A stretch of DNA of 64,000 bases, from the NCBI GenBank assembly GCA_028826165.1, contig JAPDFW010000044.1:248001-312000 (forward strand), read 5' to 3'. Numbering within the stretch: position 1 is the first letter of the stretch; the number at the start of each line of letters is the position of its first letter. Of the stretch, positions 38,727 to 51,200 are shown piece by piece. The notes beneath the pieces are model-generated. The model made no database searches. It saw nothing but the letters and a program-made list of their open reading frames with translations, and was not told the DNA's origin. The stretch is from Anaeramoeba ignava BMAN. Its lineage: Eukaryota; Protista; Anaeramoebae. Both the position numbers and the translations under genes were made by a program.

Positions 38727-41700
38727 TTATTTTTGAAAATCTTTTCTTTCAAGAAGAATTCTTTGGAAATTAATTTTTATAAAAGGTTCTTTTTCTTGAA
38801 TTATTGTTCCCAAAGTTGAAAATAAGGAAATTAAGTTTTCTGTTGAAAGAGGGAATAAATTTAATAAAATTTTTCGAATTTTTTGGATCTTATTATTTAC
38901 TTGATCTTCTGAAATGGAAAATTTAATATCAGAGTTTTTTTTGCCAGCGAAAAATTGGATTATAAAATCAAGATCTTCAACAATAATTGGTGTATCATCA
39001 GGAGAATAAAATCTGCCTCCTTCCAAAAGAACATATTCAAAACATTTAAGGAAATCATCATAAATAAAATCAAATAAATTTTGTTTGTGTTCTTCATTTG
39101 TTAAATCATTTTGAATTTCTGAAAGGATTGAAACTAGATAAATCAAGACATTATTAATTCTATAATTTATATCAGGAAGATAAAGTTTGAATGAAAAAGC
39201 TTCACGAAGTTGATAAAAAATAATCTGTGAACTAATAAACTTTGCTGTTGGAAAAACACATTTTTTTTTCACAAAATTTTTCAATTTGTTTTGAGTTGTT
39301 TGAAAAGGAAAAGCTTTTATATTTTTTTCGTTGTTATTGTTGTTATTATTATTTTCATTCAAAATATTTCCATAATCAAAATATTCTTCTTGTTTCATCA
39401 TTTCTTCTGTTTTTTGTTTGAATTCATTACATAATTTGTTAAATAAATCAATTACTAAACTCAAATTATTCAATCTAACACAATTTTGAGAAATTAAATA
39501 ACGTGGAAATTTATTATCAACTATTAATTCAATTGTTTTTATTCTTTGAGATTCATTTGTAATAAATTGATGATTTTTTTGTGATTCATTTGAAATAATT
39601 TGTTGATTTGATTTTTGTTTTATTTGTTGATTTTTTTGTGATTCATTTGAAATAATTTGTTGATTTGATTTTTGTTTTATTTGTTGATTTTTTTGTGATT
39701 CATTTGGAATAAATTGATTTGATTTTTGTTTTATTTGTTGATTTTTTTGTGATTCATTTGAAATAATTTGTTGATTTGATTTTTTTGATTTAGAAAAAGT
39801 TATTCTCACTAATCTTGAATATTTACGAAATATTTGATATAAATCTTCAAAAAATGGTTTTGCAATTAATTCAATAATTTCTTGTGATAAAACTTGATAA
39901 AATATTTCTTTGATTGATACTACAACTTTCCATAAATCAAAAATAGAATGTATAAAATTAAAATTCATTTATAAAATTAAAATTTATTTATAAAATTAAA
40001 ATTTATTTATAAAATTATAATTCATTTATAAAATTATAATTCATTTTATAAATTCATTTATTATAATTCATTTTAAAATTAAAATTAAAAAAATTCATTT
40101 ATAAAATTAAAATTAAAATTAAAATTTTATAAAATTAAAATTAAAAATTACCTTGATTCAACATCAAATACCTCATCTTCAATTATTTTGGAAATGTAAC
40201 TTAAAATGTTAGTCGTATTTGTTTTCATCCAATCAATAAAAATTTGTGAAATGAACTGCTGTAAATTTGGAAATTGATTTGAAGAAATATTCTTTTTCAT
40301 AAAAAATTTAATCAATAATCTTCCACTTTTCCAAATATTTAAAGTTGTATTATCCAAATATTTATGTTTTTCAATAAAATCATTGAGAAAATTAATGTAT
40401 AATTGAGAATAAATTTTAAGTAATAACTTTTCAACATGAGAATATTGATCGAAAAAAATTCCTGAATAAAACTAAATAATAAAAATTGAAATTAAAATCA
40501 AAATCAAAATCATTCGGAAATTATTTAGAATCAATTACATCTAAATCATCTTTAATTAAATCTTTCAAATTCCCAAAAAATTCCAAATTGATTTGTTCAT
40601 TTTCATTTTCATTTTTAGGAAATAAATTTCTAACATGATCTAATAAAAAATCCTTAACAATCTTCTTTGTACTTTTAATTAAATTAAATTAAATTAAATT
40701 AAATTAAATTATTATTTTTGTTTTTGTTTTTCTTTTGCAAATTATACTTGAATTTTGAATTAAGAATTGTTTTTAAAATTATAAAACATTTTGAAAAATT
40801 TGAAATCATTTCTGGAAAATGTTCAAAATAATTTTTTAAATTTTGCATAAAAACTAACATTTCTGAACAAATTTCTTGAAAAATTCCTCTTAAAAAAGGT
40901 GAAATTTCTTGAATTTGAATTTGAATTTGAATAATTAAAATGAATTGATATTAAAAAATAAGTTAATAAAATTTGATAAATTTTTCCATTTTCAAAAACC
41001 TTTTGATTGAATTTCTTTTAATTCTGTTTGAAATGTTAAGAAAAGTTGATCATGTTTTGAAGAGAATTTTTTTTCTAATTGAAAAACTTCTTTAATTTTC
41101 TTCCATAAAATTTTGATAATAATAACTTGAGTTGAAAAGTTTGATAATGAAAAGAATTTTTGGAAAGAATCAATTTTCTTAATTTCTTTCTGTTCCAAAT
41201 GAAAAATTAATGTATTATTTTCAACTTTTTCTTGAAGATTAATAAAATATTCAATTAAATTTTCAAAATAAATCATTATTGAATCTTCTAAAAGTGGAAT
41301 TTTTTGATCATTTTCAAAATCTTTCATTTGATTCATAATTTGCTTTAAATCATTATTTATTTCTTCAATTCTTTTCAAATAAAATTGTTGATTAAAATCT
41401 TGAGAAGAAAAAAAAAAACGATTATTTAAATTAGAATTTGAAGGTTTTTGTTTTTAATCATTTTTCTATTTACCATTTCCTTCTTTATTTCCAAATGAAT
41501 TCAAACTTTGAATTTTGGAAATTATTTCTTGAGAATCATTTTTAAAAGAATTTTTTTTAAAGATTTTTTCCAGTTCATAAATAAATATATTGATCTAATT
41601 TTTGTTTTACACAAAAAAAAAAACAAATATAAAAATCAATCATAATTTAATCATTTTTTTCTTTTTCTTTTTCTTTTTCTTTTTAAAATTACTTGATGTT

Positions 41701-42509
41701 GTCTCCATTCAAAAAAGAAATTCCAATCATTCTGATTTATAAATGAAATTTTTGATAATAATTTTAATTTAAAATTTAAATCTGAAATTTGTTCCAATTC
41801 ATTTTTAGATTTGAGATGAATTTCTACAAGTTTTTGATAATAATTTTCTGAGATATCAAGTTTTTCTCGAATAAATTGAATTAATTTCTCATGTTTCTTT
41901 TAAATTTTTTTTTTTTTTTGAAAAAGGAAACAAAAAGAATAATTGAATCCATGATAAAAAAAAATTGATTTTATATTTTTTTTAATCTTTCAAATCATTT
42001 CCATAAAAATTAAAATTATTTTTACTTTTTTTGTATTAAAATGTAATTTCTAGAGCAATTAATAATTGAAAGGCTTCCAACTTTTTAATTTAAATTTAAA
42101 ATTTAATTTTAACTTTTTAATTTTTCAAATATTATTAATAATAAAATTTACTGAAATTTGATTATAATTAATTGGAAATTCTTTTTGAAATGAATTTAAA
42201 TCAATTTTCTTTTCTTCATTTTTAATTTGATTTTCATTTTGATTTTTAATTTGATTTTCATTTTGATTTTTAATAAAAGAAGAAAGATCAAAATTTTTTT
42301 CATTTTTTTGAATTGATTCAATTAAAGAATTAACAGGAATTTTATTCCAATTAATTTGATTAAGATTAATTGTTTGATTTAAATTGAAATATTGAGGATG
42401 ATTTTTAAAGAGATATTGTAATAATTGATTTTTCTGACTAAATAAATAAATATAAGAAAATTTAAAATTAAATTTTTTTTTTAATCAATTTTTTAATCAT
42501 TTACTCCAT
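38727..42509 (-). CDS. MUN / Munc13-homology (PATROL1/Unc13-like) helical tethering protein, multi-exon
   Basis: C-terminal FEYVLLEGGRFYSPDDTPIIVEDLDFIIQFF resembles MHD2; VRLNNL and WMK motifs lie upstream. The putative first coding exon is 5 nt (ATGGA at 42509-42505). Internal exon boundaries are only partly resolved. Confidence 0.6.
39545..39785 (-). repeat. Coding 60-bp tandem repeat (~3.5 copies of KSNQQIISNESQKNQQIKQ-like unit)
   Basis: Directly visible in ORF 38727-39968. Confidence 0.85.
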
Positions 42510-42571
42510 TTTTAAAGAAAAAAAGAAAAAAAAAAATGATTTTCATTTTTTTCAATTTATTTTAAAAATAA

Positions 42572-43597
42572 ATGCTTTCTCAAATTAAAAAAGTTCAACT
42601 TAAAAAACAAGTTGTAATTGATGATAGAAGTGCTCCAATTTTACAAACAAAAGTTTCAAAAGAAGAAGTTGAAAATTATCATTCATCAGTTTTAAATGCA
42701 AATATTGAGAACTGGATCAATTTAATTTCAGAATTCACATTCAAAACAAAATTTTTCAATTTAACAACAAAAAACGCAGAACTTTTAATTGAAATTTATA
42801 AATATTACAAACAACATTTGAAAATATCAGAAGAATTTTCGGAAAAATTAAATCCAATAGCAAATCAATTACAGGAAGTGATTGATTCACTTAAAGGATC
42901 GAAACCACATGTTTTTATCAAATCATCATCAAGAAGTGCAAAAGATACAGCAATTTTCAATATGAAATTTGATTCCATTTACATTTCCAAATTAAAATCA
43001 AGTGAGAACAACCCAATAAGCAACAATGAAAAAGCAAAATATTTGCTTGAAACAGCAACTCAATTACTCCAAGTATCAAATGCAAAGGATATGCTTCTTG
43101 AATGGTGTACATCTGATAGAATTTATGAAGATTTAGTGTTAGCTTTGGAACATCCCGAAAAATTCAATGAAAATTTCGTGATTCGTGAATGGATTGATAT
43201 TGATGTTGATATGGAGTTTAGAGGTTTTGTTTCAAATGGAAATTTAGTAGCTCTTTCTCAATATAATCATGTTTGTGTCTTTCCTCGAGTGATCCAATAC
43301 AAAGACAAAATCCAAAAATTGATTTTGGATACTTTCCAAAAAATCAAACCAAAACTTATTCATTATTCTCATTATATCGTTGATTTTGCAATAACTGGAA
43401 AAGATTTGGATACTGTTTGGATTATTGAATTAAATCCTTGGATTTTTTCAACTGATGGTTGTTTGTTTAGTTGGACTTTAGATAAATCAATTTTGGAAAA
43501 TGGACCTTTTGAATTTAGAATAAGAGAAAAAGAAGATGAAGATTTACCCAAAAAAATTTCACTTGAATGGAGAGAAAAACTATTATATGAGATTTAA
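42572..43597 (+). CDS. CDC123/D123-like (R2K clade) ATP-grasp protein with an N-terminal WH2-like motif
   Basis: ATP-grasp motifs FIKSSSRSAKD, SDRIYEDL, VIREW..MEFRGFV..ALSQY, IVDFA..WIIELNPW..GCLFSW. The N-terminus is LSQIKKVQLKKQVVIDDRSAPIL. Confidence 0.85.
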   Translation: MLSQIKKVQLKKQVVIDDRSAPILQTKVSKEEVENYHSSVLNANIENWINLISEFTFKTKFFNLTTKNAELLIEIYKYYKQHLKISEEFSEKLNPIANQLQEVIDSLKGSKPHVFIKSSSRSAKDTAIFNMKFDSIYISKLKSSENNPISNNEKAKYLLETATQLLQVSNAKDMLLEWCTSDRIYEDLVLALEHPEKFNENFVIREWIDIDVDMEFRGFVSNGNLVALSQYNHVCVFPRVIQYKDKIQKLILDTFQKIKPKLIHYSHYIVDFAITGKDLDTVWIIELNPWIFSTDGCLFSWTLDKSILENGPFEFRIREKEDEDLPKKISLEWREKLLYEI

Positions 43598-43663
43598 GAA
43601 TTTCAATCAAAAATCAATAAAATCCAAATCAAATTTTTTCCTTTTTATAATCTTTATTAATTT

Positions 43664-45956
43664 TTAAATCAACATATAACTTGAATTTCCATTTGAATTA
43701 TGAATTTTTGATATTTCTGGTTCTAAAATTGCCCATTCATACCATACTTTCTTTTCATTTGATCTTCTCCATATTTGAAAAATCAATTTTGAAACTGGAT
43801 TTACTTGAATAGGTTTTTGAATTGGGAAAAAAAATGGAAACCAAGAAATTGAATGTTTTTCTTTTGAATCAGGTTTTGTTGATAAATAAATTGAATTAAA
43901 TAATTTTGCTTCAAAATAACCTATGAATCCATGAACTAAACCTGGTTTTGAAATTGGGAAAGTAATTACTGAATTACGCCAATTATTTTCATTTTCAAAT
44001 TGATTTTGATTTTGGTTTTGAGTTTTGATTTTGATTTTGATTTTGATTTTGATTTTGATTTTGATTTTGATTTTGATTTTGATTTTCATTTAAATTTTGA
44101 TTTTCATTTTCAAATTGATTTTGATTTTGATTTTGATTTTGATTTTGATTTTGATTTTGATTTAGATTTTCAAATTGATTTTCATTTTCATTTTCAAATT
44201 GATTTTGATTTTGATTTTGATTTTGAATTTGAATTTGATTTTCATTTTCAAATTGATTTTGATTTTGATTTTGATTTTGATTTTGATTTTGAATTTGATT
44301 TTGATTTTGATTTAAATTTTGATTTTGATTTTGAATTTGAATTTGATTTTGATTTTGATTTTGATTTTCATTTTTAAATTGATTTGGATTTGGATGACTA
44401 AAAGTAAAACAAGGTAAAATATCATTTGATAATTCAATATAATTATCAATATTAACAACATAAGGTGTTTCTTTGTTATTGGATTCTAAATTAAGTTTAA
44501 TCCATAATTCTGGTGAATAAATTGGAACTAAATATGATGTATAACTTTGAGGAATATTAATTCCTGTTGGTTTAAGAGATAATTGAGCATAATCCAAACT
44601 AAATTTCAAAGAAAAATAAAAAAAAATATTATTAATTGAAAATAATCCAAATCAATATATATAAAAAAAAATAGAAAGGAAATTAAACCATTCAGGAGAA
44701 AGTTCATTATCACCAAAAGAACCCAATAATTCACTTATTATCAAATCTGCCTTTTCATCACAAATCCAATTCCTAATATCTTTTTGAACTAAAATTACTT
44801 CAAATTCTTTATTCCATTGTCTTGATTGAAGAACTTGAAATGCTTCTGGATTTTTTTCTACTGCATAAATTTTACAAATTAAATTAGCTTTAAGACTTGC
44901 ATTTATGCAATTTTCAACTAATGGACCTCTTCCTGCTCCAACAACAATAACAACAGCCTTTTTTTCTGAATCTGAAAATTTTTTCTTAATCAAACAAAGT
45001 GAATTGAAAATTGCTTTTTGATATTTTGAGTATTTCATTTGATCCTTTTCAAAAATCTCATAAAATTGATTTTCAAGATTATTAGATAAAGGTTGAAGTG
45101 GATTTTGAAGCACATTTGAATAGGCCAATTCTATTTGTTCCCATTCTGATTTTTCTTTTTGATGGCAAATATTCTTTAAATAATCAAGCATTTGAAAAAT
45201 ATCAACATCTTGAATAAAATTGTTTGGTTCAATTGAAAATACTGAAAAAGAAGATATTAAATCTAGAGACTCTTCTTTCAAGATGATTGAAATTCTTTTT
45301 TCTGTTGTTTTGTGAATTAAATCTTCATAACAAGTTGATAAAGAAACTGAATTTTTTGGTTTTGAGATGAATAAATTTGAACTAATCAAAATTAATTGTA
45401 CAGGCTCAAGAAGCCATTGAGAAACATATAAATCAATCGGGAGATCATCATTGACTAAAAGTGCAATTCCCAGTCTTGGGTTATAATCACATAAATTTGA
45501 TATTTTTTTCCAAATTTGCAAGTAATTTGCTTCTTTTTTGTTAAATTTAAATTTTTTTCTCTTTTCAATTAACGGGAATTGAATCATAAATCTTGTATTT
45601 TTCAATTTGAGTAAAAATTTGGAAATTATTCTGGAAATGGATTGTATTGTTGTTTTTGTGAAATATTTTAATTTTGGGATTGAAATTATAAAATTGAAAA
45701 TTCCATAAAATTGTGCAAAATCAATTTGAGATGAAAAAAATTCTTCCAATTCAATTAAATCATTGATTTGATTTTTTCCAAAAGAAATTCTTGCAATTAT
45801 TGAGTTTGATAATTTTTTTCTTGTTTTTAATTCTTCAAAAACATTTGATAAAGAGAAAACATCAATAATGATAAAATTGAATTTATTTTGTTGAAGATAA
45901 ATTGAAAAATTTGAATTGGAAGAAATTTTCGAAGTTTCAAATCCAAAAGAAATCAT
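43664..45956 (-). CDS. PRMT5: Protein arginine N-methyltransferase 5 (Skb1/Hsl7)
   Basis: LQNPLQPLSNNLE..YEIFEKD..KY, VVGAGRGPLV, SELLGSFGDNELSPE|CLD (intron 44688-44599), HGFIGYFE, SWFPFFFP and KVWYEW. It has a long NQ insertion containing a frameshift. Confidence 0.93.
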
Positions 45957-46071
45957 TTTTAAAAAGAAAATGAAAAAATGAAAAAATGAAAAAATGAAAA
46001 AATGAAAAATGAAAAATGAAAAAAATTGGAATTTAAATTAATTTTGATTGTTCCACTTTTTTTTTTTTTGT

Positions 46072-48067
46072 TCACCAATTATAAATTCTATAATCCTTAA
46101 ATAACTTTCCAAAATAAAAAATTTTATAAAAATGAGCTAAAAAAATTGGATCAAGAACACGAGAAGCACCATCATGATAATCTAAAGGAATTGACCATTC
46201 GATTTCAGAATTAGAATTTTCTGAACGGTTTTGTTGAACATGATAAGGCGCTTGGTCAGAAACCCAACCAGGATCAACTGAGTTCATAAAGATACGAGAA
46301 TCACTGAATTCTTGTGATAAAGTATGAGTAATCATGTTCATTCCAGTTTTTGCCATATTTGTGTGTGGATGTGAAGTTGGTTTTGGAATGTAAAAATTTC
46401 CTTCAATTGCTGTCACATTAATTATAAAAGAACTTTCTTGTGATTCTTTTGGTTTTTCCATGATTGGTTTTAGTTTCTGAACAAAAAGAAAAGGTGCAAG
46501 TGAATTGACAAGAACTACTTCAAGTGTTTCAAATGTTGCGATTTCTTCCAATCTTTGATACCAACTGTTTCTTCTTCTCAAATCAATTTGTTGTTGATCC
46601 AAATCAAATTCATTATCAGGAAAAAATTGAGGGTTGTTTTCAAGAGATATTTTCTTTTGGTATTCTTCTAAAATTGGCAAAGATAAATTTTGTATTTGAA
46701 TTTTGTTTTCGTTTTCTTCAATTATGATTTCTTCTTCCATTTCTTGTTTTAATTCTTTATTAACTTCCAAAAATTTAATATTGTAATTTGACTCATTTTG
46801 ATGATAAAAATTTGCTTTCTTTTGAACAAATTCATGAAAGGATGTGTGATAATCTTCAACAAGTTTTTGGCTGTCATCAGGAAGTAAATGAAAAGATTTT
46901 TGTTCATTTTCTTTTAAGTGTTGATAAAATAAAGGAGGTTTCCAAACAGTTTGAGCAGAATTATTAACAAGAATATCAATTTTCTTGAATTTCACTTTCA
47001 AATACTCACAAAATATTTCAACTCTTCTTAAATCCCGAAAATCAAGTGATCCATAAATATGCAATCTTTTTTTCCATTTCTCAAAATCAGGTTCTTTTGA
47101 ATATCTCTGAGCTGCATCATGTGGGAATCTTGTTGTCACTAAAACTGTAGCTCCCCATCTTAGTAATTTGAGTGCACAATAAAATCCTATTTTAATTCTT
47201 CCTCCTGTTACAACTGCAATATTTCCTGTTAAATCAACAAATCCTATTCTTTTATTATAATTGATTTCAGCACAATTTGGGCAAAGATAATCATAAAAGA
47301 AATGAACATCTTTATAAGGAACTTTACAAATATAGCAATATTGAAGATAAAAATTAAGTTTTCTATATATTGGGATATTAAGTGATTGAATAATAAATTT
47401 GAGGGGATCATTTTTAATATCATTTTGATTTTGATTTTGATTTTGATTTTGATTTTTTCTTTTTTTCTCTTTCTTTTCAAATTCAAAATTGATAATTTTA
47501 TATTTTTCATTCATTTCTTCATATTCTTCTTTATTTATTTCCATTGCTTTCAATTCTGAATTTAGAAGTAATAAACGAGAATTTTCATTTTCTCTTTCTA
47601 AACGAATAAAAGTTGAATCAATTAATTTAGAATCTAATTGTTGCATTTCATGAAGATAAATTGGTTTAAAATTCCATTTTCCTATTGATCTTATTTTCCT
47701 ATTTTTTGCTTGTTGAAGATCTTCTGGAGATAATTCTTTTAAAAAATTTTGACAAATTTCTAAATCTTCTAAATCTTGTTTCTTGTGGATTTTTCTTTTT
47801 TATTTTGTTTTTCATTTTCAAATTGATTTTCAAAATTGATTTTCTTTTTGATTTTTTTTCATTTTGATTTTGATTTTCATTTTGATTTTCATTTTGATTT
47901 TGATTTTGATTTTGATTTTGATTTTGATTTTGATTTTGATTTTGATTTTGATTTTTATTTTCATTTTCAAATTGATTTTTATTTTGATTTTGATTTTGAT
48001 TTTGATTTTGATTTTCATTTTTATTTTGATTTTGATTTTGATTTTCAAATTGATTTTTATTTTCCAT
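46072..48067 (-). CDS. Short-chain dehydrogenase/reductase with an N-terminal CxxC..CxxC motif
   Basis: CYIC..HFFYDYLCPNCA, AVVTGGRIKIG, TTRFPHDA, ILVNNSAQT, HPHTNMAK and MNSVDPGWV. The NQ-rich N-terminal ORF 47699-48067 joins via a probable homopolymer frameshift. Confidence 0.8.
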
Positions 48068-48203
48068 TTTAATTTTAATTTTAATTTTAGTTTTAATTTT
48101 AATAAAGTTTGAAAGAAAGAAAGAAAAAATGAAAAAAAAATTTTTTTAATTTTTTCATTTTTCATTTTTCATTTTTCATTTTTCATTTTTTTTTCAATTA
48201 AAA

Positions 48204-51200
48204 ATGGATCAATTAAAAAATCTTAAAAAAAAACGATCATTTAGAAGAAATAGTCCAAGTGTACCAAGAGCTTCAACACCAAAAACATCACTTAAAACTT
48301 CATCACCATTAGAAGAAGAAAAAAAATCAGAAGAAGAAATAAAACAAAAACCACAAGAAGAAGAAATAAAACAAAAACCAGAAGAAGAAATAAAACAAAA
48401 ACAACAAGAAGAAGAAATAAAGCAAAAACAAGAAGAAGAAGAAAAAGAAAGAATTAAAAAACAAAAACAAGAAGAAGAAGAAAAACTTGAAGAAATAAAG
48501 AAAAAACAAGAAGAAGAAGAAAAAGAAAGAATTAAAAAACAAAAAGAAAAAGAAGAAGAAGAAGAAAGATTAATAAAACAAAAACAAGAAGAAAAAGAAA
48601 GAATTAAAAAACAAAAAGAAAAAGAAGAAGAAGAAAAAGAAAAAGAAAGAATTCGAATTCAAAAAGAAGAAGAAGAAAAAATTAAAAGAAAAAAACAAGA
48701 AGAAGAAAAGAAAAGAAAACAAGAAGAACTTAAAAAATTAATGTTAAAAGTATTTTTTTATTTTGCTTTATTTGCTTTTTTTTTCTTTTAAAAAATTTTA
48801 ACAAAAAATTATATTAAAATTATAATTAAAATTAAAATTAAAATTAAAATTAAAATTAAAATTAAAATTATAATTAAAATTAAAATTAAAATTAAAATTA
48901 AAATTAAAATTAAAATTAAAATTAAAATTAAAATTAAAATTAAAATTAAAATTAAAATGAAAATTAAAATTAAATTTAAAATTAAAATTAAAATTAAAAT
49001 TAAAATTAAAATTATAATTAAAATAAAAATTAAATTTAAAATTAAAATTAAAAGGATAAACAAGAAAATGATTCAAAACAAACTTCTAAAGATGCTCTTT
49101 CTCATTTAGCAAAACCACTTCCAAAAGAAAAAGCAAAAAAAGCAAAGAAAATGAATTTTGATGAACACCCTGAATTAGGTATATTATAATTAAATTAATA
49201 ATTAAATTTATAATTAAATTAATAATTATATTTATAATTATATTTATAATTAAATTTATAATTAAATTTATAATTAAATTTATAATTAAATTTATAATTA
49301 AATTTATAATTATATTTATAATTAATTTAATAATTAATTTATAATTAATTTTATAATTAAATTTATAATTAAATTTATAATTAAATTTATAATTATATTT
49401 ATAATTATATTTATAATTAAATTTATATCAAAATTTATAATTAAATTTATAATTATATTTATAATTATATTTATAATTATATTTATAATTAAATTTATAA
49501 TTAAATTTATAATTATATTTATAATTAAATTTATAATTATATTTATAATTAAATTTATCATTAAATTTATAATTAAATTTATAATTAAATTTATAATTAA
49601 ATTAATAATTAAATTTATAATTATATTTATAATTATATTTATAATTAATTTTATAATTATATTTATAATTATATTTATAATTAAATTTATAATTAAATTT
49701 ATAATTAAATTTATAATTAAATTTATAATTAAATTTATAAATAATTTTATAAATAATTTTATAATTAATTTTATAATTAAATTTACAATTAAATTTTTCA
49801 ATTAGTTTTGACAAGTAATAATCAATTAGATCGTTCAGAATGGTTAACATATGTTTTGAAAAGAAATCCACAAATTAAAGATTTAAGAGAAAGAATTACA
49901 CCACTAAATCGTGCTCAAAAGTTATTAAAAATATTCATAAAAATAAATTCATTTACATTTTATTTAAAAAAAAAATATATTTTTATACATTTTTGTATTC
50001 TTTTCATTTATAGTTTTGCTAAAATTTATAAAGCTGGTCTTCCAGATGTTCTTGATCAATTAACAGAAGAAACTATTTTACAACTTATTATGCAACATCT
50101 TGTTTGTTTAGGTTCTAATAAAACAAAAGAAACATTAGAGAAAGAAACTGGTGTAAAATGTAAATTAAAATTAAAATTTAAATTAAAATAAAATAAATTA
50201 AAATAAAAAAAATTAAAATGAAATTAAAATTAAAATTAAAATTAAAATTAAAATTAAAATTAAAATCAAAATTAAATTAAAAATTAAAATTAAAATTAAA
50301 ATTAAAATTAAAATTAAAATTAAAATTAAAATTAAAATTAAAATTAAAATTAAAATCAAAATTAAAATTAAAATTAAAATTAAAATTAAAATTAAAATTA
50401 AAATTAAAATTAAAATTAAAATTAAAATCAAATTAAAATTAAAATTAAAAATTAAAAATTAAAATTAAAATTAAAATTAAAATTAAAATTAAAATTAAAA
50501 TTAAAATTAAAATTAAAATTAAAATTAAAATTAAAATTAAAATTAAAATTAAAATTAAAATTAAAATCAAAAATTAAAATTAAAATTAAAATTAAAATTA
50601 AAATTAAATTAAAATTAAAATCAAAATTAAAATTAAAATTAAAATTAAATTAAAATTAAAATTAAAATTAAAATTAAAATTAAAATTAAAATTAAAATTA
50701 AAATTAAAATTAAAATTAAAATTAAAATTAAAATTAAAATTAAAATTAAAATTAAAATTAAAATTAAAATTAAAATTAAAATTAAAATTAAAATTTAAAA
50801 TTAAAATTAAAATTAAAATTAAAATTAAAATCAAAATCAAAAATTAAATTAAATAGATGAACCAAAGTATTTAACAGATTCAAGACTTCATACTCTTTTA
50901 AGAATGGCAATTAGAGAAACTGAAAAAGTTTGGGATATTGTTTTAGATCAAAGATCAACTGATGGAGATGCAGAAAATGATGATTATATAAGTGAATTAG
51001 ATGAACATTTAATTGGACTTGGGTATTTTATTAATTAATTAATTAATTATTTGAAAATAAAATCATTGAAAATAAAATTGAACATCTTTATTTTTATTAA
51101 GTTTTGAAGCAGAAGATGAAGATGCAAAGGAAGATGTTTATATTTGGAAAGAACCAAATGATTCTGAATCAAATCTTTTATTAACAGAACAAAGTAAATT

